Positions 49,135 to 56,580 of a stretch of DNA of 64,000 nt are shown in pieces. The position numbers and the translations under genes were made by a program. The stretch covers positions 54,974 to 118,973 of the IMG/VR virus record IMGVR_UViG_3300027769_000875; one strand, written 5' to 3'. Numbering within the stretch: position 1 is the stretch's first letter; every line of letters begins with the position of its first letter. The notes below the pieces were generated by a model. The model worked only from the letters and a program-made list of their open reading frames with translations. It ran no database searches and was not told the DNA's origin. The DNA is from a virus.

Positions 49135-49440
49135 CTAATCTTTTATACTGTTAATAATAGCATCTTCTTCATCTTCAGAAGTAAGTGCATCCCATTTACC
49201 TTTTGGACAAGATGAAGATAGTGATCTTGTTTTAAATGACAACTTGCAACCGCAATCTCCACAGCATGGTTGTGTTCCTGCCATGTAACACTTAGTGCCA
49301 ACTCTATCAATTAACTCACAAGATTCACATATTGACATTCTTGTAGAAGCAATCTCTTCAATATGTTCTTGTTTAAAGATACTATTTTTTACGCCTTCCA
49401 GTATCTTACCCTTCTCTTTCCATATTTTTATCAGACTCAT
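49135..49440 (-). CDS. Cys-rich putative metal-binding protein
   Basis: Likely start MSLIKIW. RMSICESC...CCGDCGC...CPKGKW pattern. Confidence 0.6.
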   Translation of the reverse strand: MSLIKIWKEKGKILEGVKNSIFKQEHIEEIASTRMSICESCELIDRVGTKCYMAGTQPCCGDCGCKLSFKTRSLSSSCPKGKWDALTSEDEEDAIINSIKD

Positions 49441-49825
49441 GTTTAGTAGTTTTATAAAGTTTCTTTTCTTCTTCTTTCTGTGCCTTTCTTTCATCGTTTG
49501 TTGTAAGTTCATCCAACATTCTTTGATAAGAGTCAACATCCTTTCTAAGTGACATAAGCGAGGTGTATTCACGTAATGTTGGTTGTTTTATATCTTCGTA
49601 CTTCTTTAAAGCTAACTTATATATTCTAAGTTTTTCTTCAAGCTTTGAACGTTTAATATAAAATGTACCTAGACCATCAAGTGAAATTTGAGATCCTACA
49701 AGTCCACTTAGTTTTTTCTGAATTGCTGAGTAATAACATTGAATTATTTCATCAACAGTTTCAGCAGATAAATTTAACCTTTCTGCAACTTTTTCAGAAA
49801 GTTGTTTACGCTTAATTGGTCGCAA
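49406..49825 (-). CDS. HU/IHF-like DNA-binding protein
   Basis: KQLSEKVAERLNLS...VDEII...ISLDGLGTFYIK HU signature. Confidence 0.75.
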   Translation of the reverse strand: MRPIKRKQLSEKVAERLNLSAETVDEIIQCYYSAIQKKLSGLVGSQISLDGLGTFYIKRSKLEEKLRIYKLALKKYEDIKQPTLREYTSLMSLRKDVDSYQRMLDELTTNDERKAQKEEEKKLYKTTKHESDKNMEREG

Positions 49826-50201
49826 GTGCCAAAAATTTATAATCCAACATTACATTGCCAGATTTTAAAACAGGAACTGATAGTGCAATCTGTATAGTTT
49901 TTTTATAACTATCAGTCTTACTAATTAGTCCACGTTTTTCTAACTTGGTCAATTTGTTTCTCACATTCTGTGATCTAACTCCAAACTCCTCTGGTGTAAT
50001 CTCTGGATATGTTTTCTTGACAACTACGTTGCAAAACTTTGTAAGTTCCATTGGACCTTCAAGTGCCAAAAGCGTAAGCAATTCTAAATCAGTATCAATA
50101 AGGTTCTCTTTCTTAAAGAATACAAACTCAGTTATGACCTGGTATTTAACCAAGTCATAATGAGTCAATCTGTATTTCTTTTCTACCTTATTTACTTCCA
50201 T
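49812..50201 (-). CDS. Putative winged-helix DNA-binding protein
   Basis: DLELLTLL...SQNVRNKLTKLEKRGLISK pattern. Confidence 0.5.
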   Translation of the reverse strand: MEVNKVEKKYRLTHYDLVKYQVITEFVFFKKENLIDTDLELLTLLALEGPMELTKFCNVVVKKTYPEITPEEFGVRSQNVRNKLTKLEKRGLISKTDSYKKTIQIALSVPVLKSGNVMLDYKFLALATN

Positions 50202-50536
50202 TACGCGTTAGTAAAAGTGATTACTTTAACAACGTTCATCTGAGCATTAAGAATCTCACCAATAGCATGATTCATTAAGAATTCTCTGTTAGCTGTAAGA
50301 GTTCCATGATGACCGTGCTCCTCACGATGCTTTTCAATCACATCAATCAAGTATGCACATGCACGTTTAACTGTATCCACTTCACTGTTAGCTGAAGGAT
50401 TAAAGTTAATACCAACTAATTGTTCACCACGACTAACTTCAGACACCTTAGACATATCTAAAAGTTCCTCATTTACAATGGTTGGTTCATTAAGAAGTTC
50501 CTCTTTCTTCTCAATTGTTGATTTTTCTTTTTCCAT
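50201..50536 (-). CDS. Acb2/Tad1-like helical-hairpin protein (candidate immune-signal sponge)
   Basis: GEQLVGINFNPS..SEVDTVKRACAYLIDVIE...AIGEILNAQMNVVKVIT resembles the Acb2-type two-helix pattern. Confidence 0.55.
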   Translation of the reverse strand: MEKEKSTIEKKEELLNEPTIVNEELLDMSKVSEVSRGEQLVGINFNPSANSEVDTVKRACAYLIDVIEKHREEHGHHGTLTANREFLMNHAIGEILNAQMNVVKVITFTNA

Positions 50537-50538
50537 GA

Positions 50539-50877
50539 TTATTCTGTTTCAATATTAATTTCACTTTTACTTTTACTTACGTGTTTAAAATTCAAAACCT
50601 CATCCCAAATGATTGCAATTTCAAATTCATTAATCATCAACTTAGCATCCTCACCAATCATAATTCTTTCTGCTGATGATAATGATGATACTGACACATA
50701 AACTCTGTCTCCTGGTTTAAACGTGGTAACATCTGCACCTACAGCATAGACCTCAAGATTAGTCCACTCTTGAATCATGTCTAATTCAAGTTGCTTTTCT
50801 GTTTCTGGAGTTAATTCAATGATAGATTCCTTTCTTCTTGGAACTGTCAATAAAACTCGTTTTCCTAATAACTTCAT
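50539..50877 (-). CDS. groES: GroES-like co-chaperonin
   Basis: MKLLGKRVLL...EVYAVGADVTTFKPGDRVYV...LMINEFEIAII. Confidence 0.75.
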   Translation of the reverse strand: MKLLGKRVLLTVPRRKESIIELTPETEKQLELDMIQEWTNLEVYAVGADVTTFKPGDRVYVSVSSLSSAERIMIGEDAKLMINEFEIAIIWDEVLNFKHVSKSKSEINIETE

Positions 50878-50888
50878 AATTTAAACTT

Positions 50889-51128
50889 TTAAGATTTAGT
50901 ATTTTCTGATTCAGGTGCATCGTCCTCTTCTTCATCTTGACCTTTCAAGATTTCAGTTCCTGCTGTTTTGATATTTGCAATCATTACAACATGCTGTAGT
51001 CGCTCTGACTCATAACGTACTGCACGTGCTTGCTGCTCTGCAAGGTCTGCACGTAGCGTAGCCAGTTCAATCTGATCTTTGTACCATGCCACTGCTTGTT
51101 CTCTGGTAACTTCTTTTTCTTCTTCCAT
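50889..51128 (-). CDS. Hypothetical coiled-coil protein
   Basis: First gene of the minus-strand block; likely start MEEEKEV. Confidence 0.55.
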   Translation of the reverse strand: MEEEKEVTREQAVAWYKDQIELATLRADLAEQQARAVRYESERLQHVVMIANIKTAGTEILKGQDEEEDDAPESENTKS

Positions 51129-51150
51129 TTTGTATAATTTAAAGTTCATA

Positions 51151-51199
51151 CAAATATATAGCTAAAAGTTTAAATTAAAATCATTTATTATTAAATTTG
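51151..51199. promoter_or_regulatory. Divergent Bacteroidota-type -7 promoter boxes
   Basis: TATATTTG on the minus strand (51151-51158) and TAAATTTG on the plus strand (51192-51199) match TAnnTTTG exactly at the strand switch. Confidence 0.65.
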
Positions 51200-51213
51200 T
51201 CAAAAGCTATATT

Positions 51214-51711
51214 ATGTATGTATCACGCGATTTAGAATGGACAGTACTTCAAGAGTTTTGTGAGAGATTAGAAACATTAGATACAGATCCTAAGAAGACT
51301 CTAATTGTAGTAGTAAGTCCTGATTACAGTGCTACAGTAGGTATGCATGTAGCTCACCATTTAAGTAAGAATGGGGAAATGCTAGACCTTACATATCTAG
51401 AAGTACCATATCCAGATGAGACTGTATCAGATTACAGAGCAGAGTTCCTAAATCAGCTTAATCCATATGGCATAAGAATCTATCAGAACTATGAGAACGT
51501 ACTACTCTTAGAAGCTGGCGTGATCACTGGCAAAAACTACACTTGGATAACAGAATGCTTAGACGCTGCGTCCATTAAATACTACACAGCTGCACTCTTT
51601 GAAAACATAGACAGCATATACAAATCTGACATAGTAGGAAGATACTATTCTGAGAAGCTGCACGAACTAGAGTTTTATTGGGAGAAACCTAATAACCACT
51701 GGTCAAAGTAA
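51214..51711 (+). CDS. Phosphoribosyltransferase-like protein (divergent PRPP loop)
   Basis: LIVVVSPDYSATVGMHVAHHL and NVLLLEAGVITGKNY resemble type I PRTase motifs; C-terminal FYWE. Confidence 0.55.
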   Translation: MYVSRDLEWTVLQEFCERLETLDTDPKKTLIVVVSPDYSATVGMHVAHHLSKNGEMLDLTYLEVPYPDETVSDYRAEFLNQLNPYGIRIYQNYENVLLLEAGVITGKNYTWITECLDAASIKYYTAALFENIDSIYKSDIVGRYYSEKLHELEFYWEKPNNHWSK

Positions 51712-51802
51712 ATCAAAAAAAAATTTTTGGTATTTTGAAAATTGTATGAGGATGCTCTTGTAGAGAGTGTCTATCCAGCACCGCCCCCCAGCGTGGCGCA
51801 GC

Positions 51803-51819
51803 TACGTCACCCCCCATGA
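51803..51819 (+). promoter_or_regulatory. Repeated early-region motif copy 1 (TACGTCACCCCCCATGA)
   Basis: The 14-mer is identical to 53381-53394 and lies just upstream of a small ORF. Confidence 0.55.
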
Positions 51820-51842
51820 CGTGCAGGACACAAACAATTGTT

Positions 51843-51932
51843 ATGTACAAAACATACTACATTGCAGGAGTTCTAATCATTGCTAAATCTCTGTCAGAAG
51901 CATACGCTTACTACAGAGCTAACTGCATGTGA
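51843..51932 (+). CDS. Small hypothetical protein (29 aa, MYKTYYIAGVLIIAKSLSEAYAYYRANCM)
   Basis: ATG after an A-rich leader downstream of the motif; below the ORF-track cutoff. Confidence 0.4.
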   Translation: MYKTYYIAGVLIIAKSLSEAYAYYRANCM

Positions 51933-52047
51933 TTCCAAAGGTCTGGTGGGATGCCAGGCGCCTGCGCAGGACGACAGCACAGGGAGACTAATTATCTCTC
52001 TGTGTTATCTATATAACCTGCTGTCCACACAGTTTGCATTCAAGGGT

Positions 52048-52066
52048 TACATCAACCCCCAAATGA
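52048..52066 (+). promoter_or_regulatory. Repeated early-region motif copy 2 (TACATCAACCCCCAAATGA)
   Basis: Degenerate copy about 90 nt upstream of the 164-aa gene. Confidence 0.4.
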
Positions 52067-52155
52067 TACAGGCTTCTCTGCACTATGGCCTTGAGAATTA
52101 TAGTGCACAATTTAATTTAGAACCTTTTGGTGCTTAGGTCAACCATCCCACGATT

Positions 52156-52650
52156 ATGGCAAATTCAGTTGCTATCAAAACGAACAGCAAAGGTGCGTTC
52201 GTTAATGTGTATTCCTCTAACGCAGGGTTTGGATACATAGTGCTTGAGTCTAACTCTATCTCAACCGTTGGTGGTTGGGTTAGAGAGTCCAAGCGCACCT
52301 GTCTTATCAGGGGGACAGTTGAAACCCTTGAAAAACTCGTTGCACACGCACCAGGTAAGCAATTACCAGGACGCATAGCTGTGCGCGAGTATCTTGAGGA
52401 CGCCATCCCTCAAGACATTGCTGCACGTGAGTTGCGCGATGATGTCTCTCTTGAAGAGGCGCTTGCTCCATACTTCAAACGTGCGGGGCAAGATGGTGTC
52501 ATCCTGAGCAAGGATGGCAAGCGCATTGTACGCTTCACTGAATATGACGCAAGTGGTACTATTCAGGATGTTACACTGTCTCACGATAACGTGGCAGAGG
52601 TGACTGCGAGCAAGGCGCAAGGTGCTAACGAGGATAAGGCGCCATTCTAA
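52156..52650 (+). CDS. Early protein, paralog A (possible SSB-like)
   Basis: Clear paralog of 53429-53929. Beta-rich N-half; C-terminus EDKAPF resembles an SSB acidic tip. Confidence 0.6.
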   Translation: MANSVAIKTNSKGAFVNVYSSNAGFGYIVLESNSISTVGGWVRESKRTCLIRGTVETLEKLVAHAPGKQLPGRIAVREYLEDAIPQDIAARELRDDVSLEEALAPYFKRAGQDGVILSKDGKRIVRFTEYDASGTIQDVTLSHDNVAEVTASKAQGANEDKAPF

Positions 52651-52667
52651 TTATCCTCACAGGCCAT

Positions 52668-52693
52668 AAGGGAGAGCCTTCAATCTCCCTTTC
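52668..52693 (+). terminator. Hairpin/terminator
   Basis: AAGGGAGA-GCCTTCAA-TCTCCCTT followed by a T-rich tract. Confidence 0.55.
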
Positions 52694-52712
52694 ACTTTAA
52701 ATTTAACTTGCT

Positions 52713-53057
52713 ATGAAAGCAGCTAAATACAACTTCCAATTTATCAAATCTCAATCTCTGATATCTTGGATGGATGAAAACAACGTGACAACTCTACACG
52801 TTGATGAGATTGAGGAGTTAGGATTAAAGTATGCTACATCTACAGATGGGCATCAAATCCTAATGGCTAGCACAGTGCCAGGTCTGTGCAGAGACCTACA
52901 AGTGTGCGTGGTTACAAATCCACGTCACAGAGACCATCCTGGCAACTTCCTTCTCATCTGCTTGCAACCTTGGAGTAATGGCAGCACGTTCAAGAGCAGC
53001 TTCACTAGATATAAATCTAGGAGGCGTAATTCTAACAGATTTGCTCTTGCGTCATGA
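52713..53057 (+). CDS. Hypothetical protein (114 aa)
   Basis: ATG with an AT-rich leader; no recognisable motif. Confidence 0.5.
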   Translation: MKAAKYNFQFIKSQSLISWMDENNVTTLHVDEIEELGLKYATSTDGHQILMASTVPGLCRDLQVCVVTNPRHRDHPGNFLLICLQPWSNGSTFKSSFTRYKSRRRNSNRFALAS

Positions 53058-53380
53058 TTAAGCAGGTAGCACTTTACACCTGGGTAGTGGTCTGCCTGGG
53101 TGTATTCACTGGTATATTCATGTCAATGGGGTCACATATGTGGGAAGCCATTGGAGTAAGTTGCCTGTTCTGGGCATGCATGCTCATGGGTATGCTAGGT
53201 AAGTAGACGTCATCCACCTATGGGGAAAAGCTGTACACACGTTGTGCAGTTTTTTGTCCCCAGGGTGGGGTTGAGGGGAGGATGTGTGTCAGCATACGAT
53301 ACGCAGCAGTTTTTTCCCCAACGAGTATGGTACTTCAACCACCCTTGAGAATACGTGTATTTGACGTTTGATTTGTCCAA

Positions 53381-53398
53381 TACGTCACCCCCCAATGA
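53381..53398 (+). promoter_or_regulatory. Repeated early-region motif copy 3 (TACGTCACCCCCCAATGA)
   Basis: 14-mer identical to copy 1, 30 nt upstream of paralog B. Confidence 0.55.
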
Positions 53399-53428
53399 GT
53401 TCAAGTATTAATTTAAAACTCTTGATGT

Positions 53429-53929
53429 ATGAGTAATGTAAGAATCGTCCCTGGAAAGAAGGGAACAGTCGTGACAGCGTACGAGACAAACGCTGATTTT
53501 GGTTATGTACAATTAGAGCAAAGTGCTATTGTAATGACCGCTGGATGGGTTCGCGAAGTAAAGCGCACTTGTCTTTTACGTGGTAAAACTGCTACACTTG
53601 AAGCCTTTGTAGGTGCAAGTAGAGGTTTGCAGTTACCAGGTAAATTGGTTTCTCTTGAGTACCTTGAATCTCAAGTACCTGCTGACCTTGCGAAGGAATA
53701 CCTTCGTGATGATGTTTCCTTTGAGGAAGCAATTGACCCATATATCAAGCGTGCTGGCGCTGATGGTGTGGCGTTAACTGCAGGAGGAGAGCGTATCTTG
53801 CGCTTTACCAAGTATGATGCTGCTGATCAGATGGCTGATGTACGTGTTGCACACGACAATCAGGCTGAAGTTAGCGCTGAGAAGAACTTGGCAAGCAACA
53901 GAAGCACGTTGCCTGGTGGTGAAGAATAG
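53429..53929 (+). CDS. Early protein, paralog B
   Basis: Shares FGY..LE...GWVRE.KRTCL.RG...QLPG...EYLE...LRDDVS.EEA..PY.KRAG.DGV...RI.RFT.YDA...HDN with paralog A. Confidence 0.7.
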   Translation: MSNVRIVPGKKGTVVTAYETNADFGYVQLEQSAIVMTAGWVREVKRTCLLRGKTATLEAFVGASRGLQLPGKLVSLEYLESQVPADLAKEYLRDDVSFEEAIDPYIKRAGADGVALTAGGERILRFTKYDAADQMADVRVAHDNQAEVSAEKNLASNRSTLPGGEE

Positions 53930-53948
53930 TAACCACTAGTATTTAGAG

Positions 53949-53991
53949 GAGGTGAGTGTGGGGGAGTAATCCCTCACCACACCTTTCTTTG
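53949..53991 (+). terminator. Intrinsic terminator
   Basis: GGTG..GTGTGGGGA-GTAA-TCCCTCAC.CACACC hairpin followed by TTTCTTT. Confidence 0.6.
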
Positions 53992-54066
53992 ACTTCAATT
54001 TTTGGTATCATTAGCCACAAAGATTGTCGCAGTAGATGGCTATATAACAGTTTAAACACCCACGTT

Positions 54067-54531
54067 ATGCAAAGAGCACGTATGTTAGCACATTTGGAAC
54101 TAGATAGTAGACATGACTTAGATAGTTCTTTTTTTATATCAGATAGAGAGTTTCATGAAGTACTAGGTAAGTTACATTCTACCTATAATATGAATACTGA
54201 TTCCCTTGAGGAGTTTCATATTAAGAATAGAGTTAACTTCCTGGACCTTGGTTATGGTGATTGTCATTCCTTTGTGTTTGATAAGCATCAGTACTTCTCT
54301 TTTGTCTGTATGAAGTCTGTAGGCTGGCAAGGTGATAAAGATATAGACTCTCAGTGCTATGTCAAAGTCCCTTACAAGACTACTGAAGAGATTATGGAGG
54401 AGTATTCCTTCTTGTTTGAGAACAAGCCTTCTCCTAGACTTCCTGATGATGATATCTTTGGTGTCAAGCCTGATACTAAAGATACACTTCCTCAAGATTT
54501 GAGAGATCCTGAGTGGTATGAGTTTGATTAA
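54067..54531 (+). CDS. Hypothetical protein
   Basis: Likely start MQRARML at 54067, because the track's upstream start lies within the terminator. Confidence 0.55.
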   Translation: MQRARMLAHLELDSRHDLDSSFFISDREFHEVLGKLHSTYNMNTDSLEEFHIKNRVNFLDLGYGDCHSFVFDKHQYFSFVCMKSVGWQGDKDIDSQCYVKVPYKTTEEIMEEYSFLFENKPSPRLPDDDIFGVKPDTKDTLPQDLRDPEWYEFD

Positions 54532-54559
54532 GCTCGTACCACTTTTTTTCCTTATCATT

Positions 54560-55453
54560 GCAGACTGAGTTGCAAATCAGTTTGTTTTGAGAAAGCCATT
54601 CCTATTGATCATGTAGGAATTTGCAGGTAAGAGTCCTGATTATAAGTATACATTGTTGTTGCCCTCAGAGTTGAAATGCTCATGGCGTATGCGTTAAGCT
54701 CCCTTGTGGAGTTACTGAAACAACAGGTCAGCCTTCGTGACCATAGGATAAACCAGTGATGGTATAAAGTGATGTGTTGGTAACACATTGCGCAGAGAGT
54801 AATCTCTGTCTACTGAAAGGTACTACATTCCCTGTAGTATGGTGTGCTCGTGGCCTAACGGTTGATGCACAGTATTACAGAACTTCTGACAGGCAGGAGT
54901 TTGAGAGAGAAATCTCAATAGAAGAGTGTAGTAAGCAAATTGTAGTAGGAGTCGCCAACTCTGAAGCGTTTGTTAGTTTTTTGTAGTCTGTTGGTAGAAA
55001 TACCGTGGACAATTACAATCAACAGTGAGTATCCTTGGCAGGTGAAAACAGAAAGAAGTTGTATCTAAACTACTCAAAAGGTAGCATGATGCTGTGCGCT
55101 TGGGCCACTTCTTTCACAAATCCTGGACCGCTTAAAACTTTAATTATCTTAAAGAGAAAGCAAAAGTGTCCAAGCACGTATTGGTGATAATACTCTTATT
55201 CTGCTGTAATATGCAGATGTCTGATGTTCGCAAGACAGATGACAAGGGAAATGATTACTATCTAACTAACAGGAGGCATCTTGTAAATCCTTTGCAGGGA
55301 AGTTGGTAGGAAAAGGAACCTATGAGCCAATATGTAGTGGTCAGACAGAAACCTATTCTGTTGAGTATGTCGTGTACTTGTTTAACCGCAAGTGTGTGTA
55401 AGATGACGAAAGTTGTCAGAATCACGATATGAAAGGTCAACACTCAGCCTTTT
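54560..55453 (+). ncRNA. Large structured ncRNA, GOLLD-like (~890 nt)
   Basis: No credible ORF and a dense array of hairpins, several with GAAA/GTAA loops. Long-range and pseudoknot pairs include TCAGAGTTG 54665-73 with CAACTCTGA 54956-64, and GCTTGGG 55098-104 with TCCAAGC 55169-75. A closing 3' domain GTTGAGT-ATGTCGTG...CACGATAT...ACTCAGC is followed by a T-run. Confidence 0.7.
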
Positions 55454-55464
55454 GAATTTTTTAA

Positions 55465-55905
55465 GGACAGCATTGTTATAAGTATCACTCCATTAAAAGC
55501 TGATACAAGACTTGTTATAGCTGTAAGCAAGTTATTTTACATTTTTACTGACTGATAGTCAGGCAGTTGTAGAAAATATGATGGGTCTGAATTGACAGAC
55601 TAAGAGCAGTACGCTGAGAGGTTGCCTAAGTACACGGTGTAAAACGAACGTCCTCATCATTAGCACATTACAAGTTACTTAATCCTTAACAGGAAGATAA
55701 TTGGAATGTGCACTACAGCTGTGTGTAAAACTCGTTTGAGCGAGTATAAATAGTTGCTTAAGCTCAAAGCGTTGTAGAAATACAGGTGCACTGCATGAAG
55801 TTTGTAGGGTATACGCCAGTCGTGCGAACCCTATAGGAGTGATTTCCTAATGCCATACGAAGTATAGTAGTATGGCATTGAACATATCAACAGTTTTTTG
55901 ATGTC
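55465..55905 (+). ncRNA. Second large structured RNA (~440 nt), family unassigned
   Basis: No ORF. Multiple helices (55578-85/55653-60, 55663-69/55705-11, 55804-10/55828-34, 55849-58/55870-79). Loop AGCTGTA (55519-25) is complementary to TACAGCT (55714-20). Confidence 0.55.
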
Positions 55906-55929
55906 TAAACAAATTAAATCTTAAAGTAT

Positions 55930-56352
55930 ATGAAAGTATTAGTGAACAAATGCTATGGTGGTTATGGTACGTCTGTTGAAGCAGGTCTTGAATGGCTTAA
56001 AAGAAACAACAAAGTTTTTACTGTTATTGATGACAGTTATAGTCTTGTTGTAGAAATGGATGGTGAAAAGCACTACATAGACTTAGACAGAGAAGATCCA
56101 ATTCTTATAGAGTTGTTTGAAGAGAGAGGCAGTAAGTTTGTCTCTGGAAATCATGCAGAACTTGTATTAGTTCATATTCCTGACAACTGTGAGTATTCTG
56201 TTGGAGAATATGATGGTCAAGAATGGATTGAGGAGACATGGATCAACGTAACACTTGAAGAACTAAAGAATGGTTTGTCAGAAGACAAATTACTTCTTGC
56301 TCAACAGGTTTCTTGTATAAGAATCGCTGATGAGAACCCTACTAGTAACTAA
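55930..56352 (+). CDS. Widespread phage protein of unknown function (NKCYGG family)
   Basis: MKVLVNKCYGGYG...REDPILIEL...G..AELVLVHIPD...GEYDGQEWIEE is a recurrent phage-protein pattern. Confidence 0.7.
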   Translation: MKVLVNKCYGGYGTSVEAGLEWLKRNNKVFTVIDDSYSLVVEMDGEKHYIDLDREDPILIELFEERGSKFVSGNHAELVLVHIPDNCEYSVGEYDGQEWIEETWINVTLEELKNGLSEDKLLLAQQVSCIRIADENPTSN

Positions 56353-56367
56353 TTAAATTACATAGAG

Positions 56368-56469
56368 ATGAAGGATAAAGTGATGGATGGATTAGACATT
56401 GGCTATAAGTTAGCCATTATTATGTGGTTTATGCTTGAATTGTATTGTTTTGCTACTGGTAAGTACTAG
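56368..56469 (+). CDS. Small membrane peptide (33 aa)
   Basis: MKDKVMDGLDIGYKLAIIMWFMLELYCFATGKY; below the track cutoff. Confidence 0.35.
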   Translation: MKDKVMDGLDIGYKLAIIMWFMLELYCFATGKY

Positions 56470-56504
56470 TAGTAAAAATGCTATAACCGTGGGAAGTTAA
56501 AGCA

Positions 56505-56548
56505 AAAATGGAGGAGATGAAATACTCTCCTCTGTTTTTTTACCTTTG
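56505..56548 (+). terminator. Terminator followed by a TAnnTTTG promoter box
   Basis: GGAGGAG...CTCCTCT hairpin with a T-run, then TACCTTTG at 56541-56548. Confidence 0.55.
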
Positions 56549-56580
56549 TGAGAAATTTATTAACGTTTAATTATATACAA

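Noticed and set aside
247-50160. Numerous short + strand ORFs and out-of-frame minus-strand ORFs in the track
   Set aside because: They are shadows lying within long, motif-bearing minus-strand genes and have implausible composition.
51880-52137. 85-aa ORF in the track
   Set aside because: Non-ATG start; it overlaps a better 29-aa ORF and spans the repeated motif and a hairpin.
54774-55443. 70-aa (+) and 61-aa (-) ORFs inside the ncRNA region
   Set aside because: Non-ATG starts, no protein-like features, and they coincide with dense RNA helices.
54560-55905. tRNA cluster, tmRNA, RNase P RNA or group I/II intron as the explanation for the structured region
   Set aside because: No cloverleaf with a TTCGA T-loop and acceptor stem, no GAGGAAAGTCC RNase P motif, no group II domain V, and no interrupted host gene flanking the region.
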